Shown: one piece after another, positions 7,569 to 15,233 of the stretch
How the letters are laid out: every line of letters begins with the position of its first letter
Position numbering within the stretch: the first letter of the stretch is position 1
Source: a bacterium
GTDB lineage: Bacteria > Cyanobacteriota > Vampirovibrionia > Gastranaerophilales > JBAXKC01
Length of the DNA: 16,252 nt
Assembly: GCA_037137535.1 (NCBI GenBank)
Contig: JBAXKC010000049.1
Location: 1 to 16,252, forward strand
Direction of reading: 5' to 3'
Program-made: the position numbers and the translations under genes
Notes under the pieces: model-generated
Told to the model about the DNA's origin: nothing
The model's database searches: none
Seen by the model: only the letters and a program-made list of their open reading frames with translations

Positions 7569-8668
7569 TAATATTCCTTGATGATGTTATAAACGGTATC
7601 TCTCTCTAAAGGCTTTTTTCCTGCATTTTTTATAAGTCTGATAAGTTCATTTTTTTCAATGAATTGACCTGTTGTTGCTCCTGCAAAGCGTGTTATTTTT
7701 TCTTCTACAACAGTACCGTCAAGATCGTCTACTCCAAAAGCCAGAGTGGCTTGTGCAAGTTTAATTCCTGTTTGTATCCAAAATGCTTTAAGATGAGGAA
7801 CATTATCAAGTAATAATCTTGATATAGCATAAGTTTTAAGCATGTCAAAGCCTGTTAATTCATATTCTGTTGAGATTTCCGTATTATCATAATGACAAAA
7901 TAAAGGAATAAAAGTCATAAATCCGTTAGTCTGGTCTTGAACCTCTCTTATTTTCAAAATATGTTCAACTTTTTCTTCTATTGTTTCATCAATTCCGCAA
8001 AGCATTGTCGCATTACTTTGAATTCCTAGTTTATGAGCTTTTGTCATAATTTCCAGCCAACTTTTGCCCGAAATTTTATCAGGACAAGTTTTTTCTCTTA
8101 TTCTTTCTGAAAAAATTTCTGCTCCTCCTCCTGGGATAGAGCCTAGTCCTGCTTTTTTAAGTCTTGTTAATGTTTCTTCTGTTGAAATGTTTGAAATCTT
8201 TGATATATAGTCAATTTCTACAGCCGTAAGTGCTTGTATATGGACATTAGGAAGTGTTTTACTGCAAAATTCAAATAATTCTTCGTAAAAAGTTATGTCA
8301 TAAGCAGGGTTTAAAGCTGAAACTATATGTATTTCAGAAATATTTGAGTTTATTTTTGTTGCAATATGATTTTTTGCTGATTCAAGCGTGTAATTAAAAG
8401 CCCCCTCTTCCTTTTCTTCACGTCTATATGCGCAAAATTTACATTTACCTTCGCAAATATTACTTAAATTAAGATGATGATTATTTATAAAATAAACATT
8501 ATTTATTTTTTCTGCTTCTTTATTTTTAATAAGATTATTTTTTAGACTGACTTGTGCCAGTTGTCCAAGTTCAATAATATCAGTAGAATTAAATAAAAAT
8601 ACGCCATCCTCAAAGGATAGTCTTTCTCCATTTAGAACTTTTTGTTTTATTTTATCTGTATTAAGCAT
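7568..8668 (-). CDS. mqnE: Aminofutalosine (aminodeoxyfutalosine) synthase, radical SAM CofH/MqnC/MqnE family
   Basis: CxxxCxxC motif (CEGKCKFC), SIPGGGAEIF, SNATML, FMTFIPL, HLKAFW (MqnE-like HIKAYW rather than MqnC-like N/HIQASW) and DLDGTVVEEKI. Adjacent to mqnA. Confidence 0.83.
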   Translation of the reverse strand: MLNTDKIKQKVLNGERLSFEDGVFLFNSTDIIELGQLAQVSLKNNLIKNKEAEKINNVYFINNHHLNLSNICEGKCKFCAYRREEKEEGAFNYTLESAKNHIATKINSNISEIHIVSALNPAYDITFYEELFEFCSKTLPNVHIQALTAVEIDYISKISNISTEETLTRLKKAGLGSIPGGGAEIFSERIREKTCPDKISGKSWLEIMTKAHKLGIQSNATMLCGIDETIEEKVEHILKIREVQDQTNGFMTFIPLFCHYDNTEISTEYELTGFDMLKTYAISRLLLDNVPHLKAFWIQTGIKLAQATLAFGVDDLDGTVVEEKITRFAGATTGQFIEKNELIRLIKNAGKKPLERDTVYNIIKEY

Positions 8669-8691
8669 ATTATTAAACTCTAATAATTCTA

Positions 8692-9276
8692 TTAAGCTTC
8701 AGTTTTCCCTACTTTAAAGGCAAGCAATAATCCAGCAGGATAGGCTATATGTGAAACCTGAAAGGCTTTATCCTCATATATGGCGTCCATAAAGTCTTGA
8801 ACTTTTTCTCTGTGTGAGTCAACATTATCAGCAACTAACAAGCCGTTTTGTTTCAATTGATTGCGTATTTTCTGATAATACTTTATGTATTCAGCTTTAC
8901 TTGCATCTATAAAGACCATATCGTACTCTTCGTCTAGGGTTTCAAGAACTTCTAATGCTCTTCCCTGAACGATATTTACATATTCAGAAAGACCGCATTC
9001 ATTAAGATTTTGTTCTGCTAAAACAATTCTTTTAGTATAAAACTCTATGCCGGTTAGTTTTCCACCGGTATATTTTACGGCATCAGCTATCCATAAGGCA
9101 GAATAACCGTTTGATGTTCCAATTTCAAGAATATTTTTGAATCCATGTGACTTAATTAGTGAATTTATGAGTTCTCCTGTAACTCTTGGTATATTCCAAA
9201 AGTCTGATTGTGTTTTTTCCAGCTCGGACAGCTTTTCTTCAAATATTGTTTTTTCCATAGTTTTAATTCTTTGCAA
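8692..9276 (-). CDS. Class I SAM-dependent O-methyltransferase (Methyltransf_3; TrmR/YrrM/CCoAOMT-like)
   Basis: Motifs ILEIGTSNGYS, YDMVFIDASK and GLLVADNV. The start is either TTG 9276 (1 nt after the upstream stop) or ATG 9258. Confidence 0.88.
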   Translation of the reverse strand: MQRIKTMEKTIFEEKLSELEKTQSDFWNIPRVTGELINSLIKSHGFKNILEIGTSNGYSALWIADAVKYTGGKLTGIEFYTKRIVLAEQNLNECGLSEYVNIVQGRALEVLETLDEEYDMVFIDASKAEYIKYYQKIRNQLKQNGLLVADNVDSHREKVQDFMDAIYEDKAFQVSHIAYPAGLLLAFKVGKTEA

Positions 9277-9277
9277 C

Positions 9278-10894
9278 TTATTTAACGTATAACGAGTTCA
9301 TTATTATTCCTGAAGGAAGATATCCTGCAACACTTTCTGTGTCTAAGTCTACAACTGTTGTTTCAAATGAGTTATAGTTTACTATTAATGCTCTGTTTAC
9401 ATCATTAAGATAAACCATTTCTTTTGGGAATTTTCCTTTTCCAAGATTAATAATACCTGTAGGAGCAAAATTACTCGAGTTAAATATATGAATTTCATTT
9501 GAAGCAGCACAAAGCACATATATCTTTGATCTGTCTTTAGATACTTTTATATCAAGAGGTTTTTCGCCTACATCTAATACTTTTTCCACTACTGCAAGAG
9601 CATTTTTATCTCTTAGCGGTTCAACAGGAGTAACAGGAGCAGCCATGCGACCTTTTTTTATTCTCCATAAATTAATTAATGAATTATTTAGTTCTCTTTC
9701 TCTTTCTTCTCTATAATTTTTTATAACTTTTTCTCTGTCAGGCATAAAATTATCTTCAGAAACATTATAAACATAGAGTTTATTATTTTGTCTTGATAAA
9801 ACCAGTAAATAATTTCTAAAAGAGACCATTTTGGATATATTGGGAACTGTACCAACTAATTTTGTGCTTAGTTCGTTATAATCAAAACGATATATATTGC
9901 CTGTGATTTTATCATTATAGTAGACATATTTATCATTTTCTGCAACCGTAAGATTTGAAATCGGATATTCTGTTTCAAGCATACGCTCATAAAGCATATC
10001 TCTTACATCCAAAACTCTAATTATTTTATCATAGTCATTATAGGCAAATGCAGTAGGAGAGGCGTTAAATAACATCATATTTGAAATATTGGAATCCATC
10101 TGAAGTTCTTTGATATATTTATCTTTGAACGTATCTAAAACCCCTATTTTATTGGAATTTAAGCAAGTTACAAGTATATATCTTTTGTTTTGGCTTAAAA
10201 CTGAGCTGTTATAGTCGGATGGAAGTTCAAATGATTTAATAACTCTTCCCGAAGTCGGTTGTATTTTAAATAATCTGTTGGATTGAATGTTTGATGTGTA
10301 AAAGATTTTATCGTTAATCCCGACTAGTTCGTTAGGTAATTTAGAATTAACAACATTATTACTTATTGATTTAGACGATATCCCCGACTCTTTTGAGTAG
10401 ACTATTACTGCATTTTCCGTTTTAGTAACAGGTATTTTAAGATCACCTAAAATAACTTTTAAGTCGTAAGGTATTTCTAACTTTTCAGGAACAACTAAAT
10501 CTTGTGGTAATAATCCCATTTTAACAACAAGAGGAATTTTATCACTTTTTATAATTGTAGGATTACCGTTTGCCGCCTTGCTTATCTTAAAGAGTGCATA
10601 GTTGTCTTCAAATAGTATGAAATCCGGCTCTTTATCAAGAGCGGAGTTTTCCGGAATAGTCATTGTTATTTTTTCAGGTGTTCTTGTTTCAGCGCTATAC
10701 AAAGGAACAACAGGGATATATTGTGTTCCGTCCGGTAATTCAATCAGACCGTCAAATCTTACAGATGTTTTAGGAAATATTTTTGTTAACTCTGTAATAA
10801 TATGATCCGGTAATTCAGTAGCTTTTGCGTAATTACCCACACATGCGCAGCCTGTTATTAATGCCGACAATATTATATTTTTTATTATTTTCAT
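9278..10894 (-). CDS. Exported YVTN/YncE-like beta-propeller protein with an uncharacterised N-terminal domain
   Basis: N-terminal signal sequence (possible lipobox ITGC, or AKA-type cleavage). Repeated propeller blades, e.g. LSQNKRYILVTCLNSNKIGVLD and VGEKPLDIKVSKDRSKIYVLCAASNEIHIFN. Confidence 0.7.
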   Translation of the reverse strand: MKIIKNIILSALITGCACVGNYAKATELPDHIITELTKIFPKTSVRFDGLIELPDGTQYIPVVPLYSAETRTPEKITMTIPENSALDKEPDFILFEDNYALFKISKAANGNPTIIKSDKIPLVVKMGLLPQDLVVPEKLEIPYDLKVILGDLKIPVTKTENAVIVYSKESGISSKSISNNVVNSKLPNELVGINDKIFYTSNIQSNRLFKIQPTSGRVIKSFELPSDYNSSVLSQNKRYILVTCLNSNKIGVLDTFKDKYIKELQMDSNISNMMLFNASPTAFAYNDYDKIIRVLDVRDMLYERMLETEYPISNLTVAENDKYVYYNDKITGNIYRFDYNELSTKLVGTVPNISKMVSFRNYLLVLSRQNNKLYVYNVSEDNFMPDREKVIKNYREERERELNNSLINLWRIKKGRMAAPVTPVEPLRDKNALAVVEKVLDVGEKPLDIKVSKDRSKIYVLCAASNEIHIFNSSNFAPTGIINLGKGKFPKEMVYLNDVNRALIVNYNSFETTVVDLDTESVAGYLPSGIIMNSLYVK

Positions 10895-10930
10895 AACAAC
10901 TATTCCACTCTTTAAGTAACAAGATATATG

Positions 10931-12064
10931 TTATTTGGCGTTTCCTGTGAATGCGTCTTTTATTTTATCTATTATTGACTCTTTGTGCAATTTTTCATTA
11001 TTAATTTGCGAAAGTCTTTCAAATAGTTTTTTTTCTTCATCGTTAAGTGAAGTTGGCGTTGTTACATTTACTTTAATAAACTGATCGCCTCTTTTTGACG
11101 GAGAATTAAGGAAAGGAACTCCCGCACCTTTAATGGTTAATACTGTCCCTGACTGAATACCTGCATGCAGTTTTAATTGCTTTGCACCATCAACAGTTGT
11201 GATTTCAATATCATCACCAAGAGCAGCTTGTGAGAAACTTACAGGTATTTCTGTATATATATTGAACCCTTCTCTTTTAAAGGTTTTATGCTGCATTACG
11301 TGAAGCACAATATATAAATCACCTGAAGGTCCGCCATTTTTGCCGGCATCACCTTCACCGCTGACTCTTAATTTTGTTCCTGTGTCTACACCTTTCGGTA
11401 TTTTTACGGGAATTACTTTTGATGCTTCTTTTCTGCCTGCTCCTTGACAGTTTTTGCAAGGATTGGTAACTATGCTGCCTTTTCCTTTGCATTTAGGGCA
11501 GGTAGTCACTTGTGTAAAGTGTCCTAAAATAGTTTGAGTTGTCTGTTGAACTTGTCCCATTCCTTGACATACCTGGCAAGTATCAGGTTTTGAGCCAGGC
11601 TCTACTCCATTACCGCCGCAAACAGTACAATTAACAAGGTGTTCAATTTCAACATCTTTTTCAACGCCAAAAACAGCTTCTTCAAAAGAAATCTGTAAAT
11701 CAAGTCTTAAATCACTTCCTCTTGCAGGAGCATGAGGGTTTCTTCTTGATCCTGAACCCATTCCTCCGCCAAAAAAGCTTGAAAGAACTTCGCTCAAATC
11801 GCCAAACCCAAAGTCAAACGGTCCGTTAAAGTCATAGCCTGAATTTTTCAATCCGTCATGTCCATAACGGTCATACATTGATCTTTTTTCTTCGTCCATT
11901 AAAACTTCATAAGCCTGCCCCAACTCTTTGAATTTTTCTTCTGCATCAGGAGCTTTATTTACATCGGGATGTAATTCTCTGGCTTTTTTTCTAAAGGTCT
12001 TTTTTATTTCATCAGAGCTGGCGCCTTTATCGACTCCCAGTATCTCGTAATAATCTCTTGCCAT
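10931..12064 (-). CDS. dnaJ: Molecular chaperone DnaJ (class A)
   Basis: J-domain with HPD, a G/F region, four CxxCxGxG repeats and the C-terminal substrate-binding domains. ATG 12064 is preceded by GAGAGG. Confidence 0.97.
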   Translation of the reverse strand: MARDYYEILGVDKGASSDEIKKTFRKKARELHPDVNKAPDAEEKFKELGQAYEVLMDEEKRSMYDRYGHDGLKNSGYDFNGPFDFGFGDLSEVLSSFFGGGMGSGSRRNPHAPARGSDLRLDLQISFEEAVFGVEKDVEIEHLVNCTVCGGNGVEPGSKPDTCQVCQGMGQVQQTTQTILGHFTQVTTCPKCKGKGSIVTNPCKNCQGAGRKEASKVIPVKIPKGVDTGTKLRVSGEGDAGKNGGPSGDLYIVLHVMQHKTFKREGFNIYTEIPVSFSQAALGDDIEITTVDGAKQLKLHAGIQSGTVLTIKGAGVPFLNSPSKRGDQFIKVNVTTPTSLNDEEKKLFERLSQINNEKLHKESIIDKIKDAFTGNAK

Positions 12065-12076
12065 TTTTCCTCTCAA

Positions 12077-12673
12077 CTATTCGTTTGCGGCAACGTTTAC
12101 CATTGTTGGCCTAATAACCTTATTGTTTAACATAAAACCGCTTCTGTATTCATCAATGACGGTTTGATCTTCGTGTTCATCTGATGGAGTTTGTTTAACA
12201 GCTTCATGAAGATTTGGATCAAATTTTTGACCTTCTGCTTCAATTTTTTGTAAACCGAGTTTTTCAAGTGCTTCGGTAAATTGTTTTTGAAGGATACCAA
12301 AACTTTCTTTGATTTTTTCGGCATCATCCATTTCTTTTATGGATTTTCTTGCCATTTCAAAGGTATCAAGAAGAGGAAGTATTTTAGTTACGGTATCTTC
12401 TGCACCATATTTTAATAATTCTTCTCTTTCTTGAGCATATCTTTTTCTGAAATTGTCAAAATCAGCAACCAGTCTAATGTATTGAGACTCTCTTGTGCCT
12501 GATTCGGCTTTAAGTTTGTCAAAATCTGCTTTCAGTTGATTATATTCTTCAGCTGAAAAAGTAGTCACTTGTTGCTCTTGAGTTTCGTCTTGTTCCTGTT
12601 TATTCTCTACAAACGGGTTTAAACTTTCTTGTTCATTAGTTTTATTTTCGTTGTTTTTTTGTTTTCCAAACAT
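12077..12673 (-). CDS. grpE: Nucleotide exchange factor GrpE
   Basis: Motifs YIRLVADFDNFRKR, ILPLLDTFE, KFDPNLHEAV and GFMLNNKVIRPTMVNV. Confidence 0.97.
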   Translation of the reverse strand: MFGKQKNNENKTNEQESLNPFVENKQEQDETQEQQVTTFSAEEYNQLKADFDKLKAESGTRESQYIRLVADFDNFRKRYAQEREELLKYGAEDTVTKILPLLDTFEMARKSIKEMDDAEKIKESFGILQKQFTEALEKLGLQKIEAEGQKFDPNLHEAVKQTPSDEHEDQTVIDEYRSGFMLNNKVIRPTMVNVAANE

Positions 12674-13005
12674 AGTTTTACCCTTATTAATGTCTTACTT
12701 CAATATTAGATTATATCTTTTTAAAAGAAAATTGTTTATAAATTTCAGCTTTTTTTAATATTGTAGATTTTATTATAAATAATTAAAGTCAGCTTCTCTA
12801 CCTAATTAAATCATAAACATTATGAACAATTAAGGCAAAAAACAATTAATTATTAAGTTATGAAACATTGTTTCTTTATATTGCAATTGTGTAAATCTAA
12901 ACAGTTATATCAAAAATTAATAAAATAAATACATCTTTTAGTCGACATGCTTATTGTATTTTTCTACAATCTTATGAGTTTTTGTTTAATTATAAATGTC
13001 TTATA

Positions 13006-13070
13006 TACACTTATACTGTGCTTTAATAAGTGTAGTATGTACAATAGTGTAAACAAGTGTAACAAATACA
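13006..13070. promoter_or_regulatory. Cluster of operator-like inverted and direct repeats
   Basis: TACACTTAT-N11-ATAAGTGTA (13006-13034). TGTA-N5-TACA occurs twice (13031-13043 and 13058-13070). TGTA also recurs at 10-nt spacing (13038, 13048, 13058). Confidence 0.5.
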
Positions 13071-13116
13071 TCAAAAAGACGCATTTTTTTGAAGCGTTTA
13101 GACTTATAATAAATAT

Positions 13117-13186
13117 AGAAAATATGACCTCTAACTCTCTATTTTGGACTTAACCTCCGCATTTTCCCCCTTGGAGGTTTTTTTTT
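13117..13186 (+). ncRNA. Candidate ~70-nt small RNA (or short leader transcript) with C/U-rich anti-SD-like motifs
   Basis: Perfect TATAAT at 13105-13110 and an intrinsic terminator at 13152-13186, with no substantial gene between them. The 5' end is inferred from the -10 position. Confidence 0.45.
13152..13186 (+). terminator. Rho-independent terminator not attached to any convincing CDS
   Basis: AACCTCC, a 14-nt loop (GCATTTTCCCCCTT), then GGAGGTT running into a 9-T tract (13178-13186). Confidence 0.75.
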
Positions 13187-13462
13187 GCACATTTTTTGGA
13201 TTTATACTTTTTGCTATATAAAATTATTAGTGTTTTTGTTTTGTTGTCCTACTTTATATGTAACTAATATTTTATAGCTTCCTATTATGTAGTTCATTAT
13301 TGTTTTATTATCAAAAATAAAATTTATAATTATACTTTAATAAGTAAATTGTCTGAGGATTTTTAGATTTTAGTAATTTGCTATGCTACATGTTGACTTG
13401 ATTTTACAATGTTTATATTGTATTTTTTGTGGATATGGTTAGACAAAGGAAAGGCAGATAAA

Positions 13463-14308
13463 ATGACTTTAGATCTTTGGTACACAGAAAAAAATGATCA
13501 CGGTTATGGAATAACAATGAAAGTAAGTAAAACTTTATATCAAGGTAAATCAGAGTTTCAATCTATAGATGTATTAGAAACGGATGCATTTGGAAAACTT
13601 TTATTACTTGATGGTCTTGTTATGACTACTGAAAAAGACGAATTTGTCTATCATGAAATGATTTCACATATTCCTATGCTAACTCATAAAAACCCTGAAA
13701 ACGTTCTTGTAATTGGTGGTGGAGATGGCGGAACAATTAGAGAAGTCTTAAAGCACCCATCAGTCAAGAAAGCTGTTCTTTGTGAAATTGACGGAGATGT
13801 TATTGAAGTTTGCTGTAAATATTTCCCGACAATTGCAGGAAAACTAGATGATCCTCGTGTTGATATTCAAGTTAGAGATGGTATTGAATATATTGCACAA
13901 TTTAAAAATGAATTTGATGTTATTTTAATTGACTCAACAGACCCTATGGGCCCTGGAGAAGGTCTATTTACAAAAGAATTCTATACAAATGTAAAAGAAG
14001 CCCTTCGTGAAGGTGGTATTATGGCTGCACAGTCAGAATCACCTGTTGCAAATAAAAGAGAAATGATGCTTATGTATCCTCTTTTAAGATCAGTATTCCC
14101 TATTGTAAAAACATTTACTGCTCCTATCGTTACATATCCGGGAGGATATTGGAGTTGGTGCTTCTGTTCAGCTGATGTTGAACCTGGAAGCCATTATAAT
14201 GAAGAAGTTGCAATTGAACTTGAAAAAGAAACAAAATATTATAATAGAGGCATACATTCTTCAGCATTTGTTCTCCCTAACTTTGTAAAAAAACTTGTAG
14301 GAGAATAA
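13463..14308 (+). CDS. speE: Polyamine aminopropyltransferase (spermidine synthase family)
   Basis: Motifs LLLDGLVMTTEKDEFVYHEM, VLVIGGGDGG, CEIDGDV and ILIDSTDPMGP. Start moved to ATG 13463 (MTLDLWY), preceded by AAAGGAAAGG. Confidence 0.95.
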   Translation: MTLDLWYTEKNDHGYGITMKVSKTLYQGKSEFQSIDVLETDAFGKLLLLDGLVMTTEKDEFVYHEMISHIPMLTHKNPENVLVIGGGDGGTIREVLKHPSVKKAVLCEIDGDVIEVCCKYFPTIAGKLDDPRVDIQVRDGIEYIAQFKNEFDVILIDSTDPMGPGEGLFTKEFYTNVKEALREGGIMAAQSESPVANKREMMLMYPLLRSVFPIVKTFTAPIVTYPGGYWSWCFCSADVEPGSHYNEEVAIELEKETKYYNRGIHSSAFVLPNFVKKLVGE

Positions 14309-14309
14309 A

Positions 14310-15164
14310 ATGACATTTAGCGTAGATTTTTTATCTAAAAGTTGGCTTTGTTCAACTGATGATTTAGATAAAAGTGATATGGTGCTTGTTGGAATTCCTT
14401 ATGATGGGACATGCTCTTTCAAGCCCGGTACAAGATTTGGTCCTGAAGCGGCGAGAGTTGCTTCTATCGGCTTAGAATCATATTCACCTTATCAAGATAA
14501 AGATTTAGAAGATTCAGCTTTTTATGATGCAGGTGAACTTGATTTACCTTTTGGTAATAGAGATAAAGTTCTTGATATTATTTACACTTGCGCTAAAGAA
14601 ACTTTAAGTATGGATAAGAAGTTTGTTGGCGTTGGTGGAGAGCATCTTGTAACTTATCCCGTGTTAAAAGCATATTTAGAAAAATATCCTGATATTGCAG
14701 TAATTCATTTTGATGCGCATGCTGACCTCCGAGAGGATTATTTAGACGAATCACTCTCTCATGCTACCGTAATGAGAAGAATTACTGACCATATCGGAGC
14801 TGACAGCTTTAAACAAGTTGGAATTCGTTCAGGAACAAAAGAAGAGTTTGCGTGGATAAGAAAAAATAATACTCTTTTAACTTCTTTAGATGAAGCAAAA
14901 GAAGTAGTTCAGAAATTTAAAAATAGACCCATATTCTTATCTATTGACCTTGATGTCCTAGATCCTTCAATAATGAGCGGAACAGGTACTCAGGAAGCAG
15001 GCGGGCTTAATTTTAAAGAATTTATCGAATGGTTAAAAGCCTTTTCTTCTTTAAACTTTGTCGGTGCAGATATTGTTGAGCTTTCACCTGCTTATGACAC
15101 AAGCGGTGTTTCTACTGTAACTGCGGCAAAAGTTATAAGAGAAGTTCTTTTAATGATGTCATAA
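14310..15164 (+). CDS. speB: Agmatinase / ureohydrolase
   Basis: Motifs GIPYDGT...PGTRFGP, GGEH, HFDAHADL, SHAT, SIDLDVLDP and GTGTQEAGG, including the Mn-binding ureohydrolase residues. Starts 1 nt after the speE stop. Confidence 0.93.
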   Translation: MTFSVDFLSKSWLCSTDDLDKSDMVLVGIPYDGTCSFKPGTRFGPEAARVASIGLESYSPYQDKDLEDSAFYDAGELDLPFGNRDKVLDIIYTCAKETLSMDKKFVGVGGEHLVTYPVLKAYLEKYPDIAVIHFDAHADLREDYLDESLSHATVMRRITDHIGADSFKQVGIRSGTKEEFAWIRKNNTLLTSLDEAKEVVQKFKNRPIFLSIDLDVLDPSIMSGTGTQEAGGLNFKEFIEWLKAFSSLNFVGADIVELSPAYDTSGVSTVTAAKVIREVLLMMS

Positions 15165-15233
15165 ACCTAAATTAAATTTTAAATGTATAATAGTATTAAC
15201 TATATGAAACTAATTTTTCAAAAGGTAATATAA

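Noticed and set aside
10602..10805. 67-aa plus-strand ORF
   Set aside because: Antisense to the beta-propeller gene; a shadow ORF.
12127..12327. 66-aa alternative-frame ORF inside grpE
   Set aside because: Nested out of frame in a conserved gene, with no supporting evidence.
12862..12874. Short palindrome GAAACA-T-TGTTTC
   Set aside because: 6-bp arms in very AT-rich DNA are expected by chance, and there is only one copy.
12947..13153. 68-aa plus-strand ORF ending at the orphan terminator
   Set aside because: No SD, F/L/I/N/K-biased composition typical of AT-rich noncoding DNA, and it overlaps the operator-like repeats and TATAAT. It cannot be fully excluded as a small membrane peptide.
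12674..13462. Possible replication origin, CIRCE or NtcA/LexA sites in the long intergenic region
   Set aside because: Only one near-match DnaA box was noticed (TGTGGATAT, about 13428-13436). No CIRCE was found, and the GTA/TAC spacing is 5 rather than 8.
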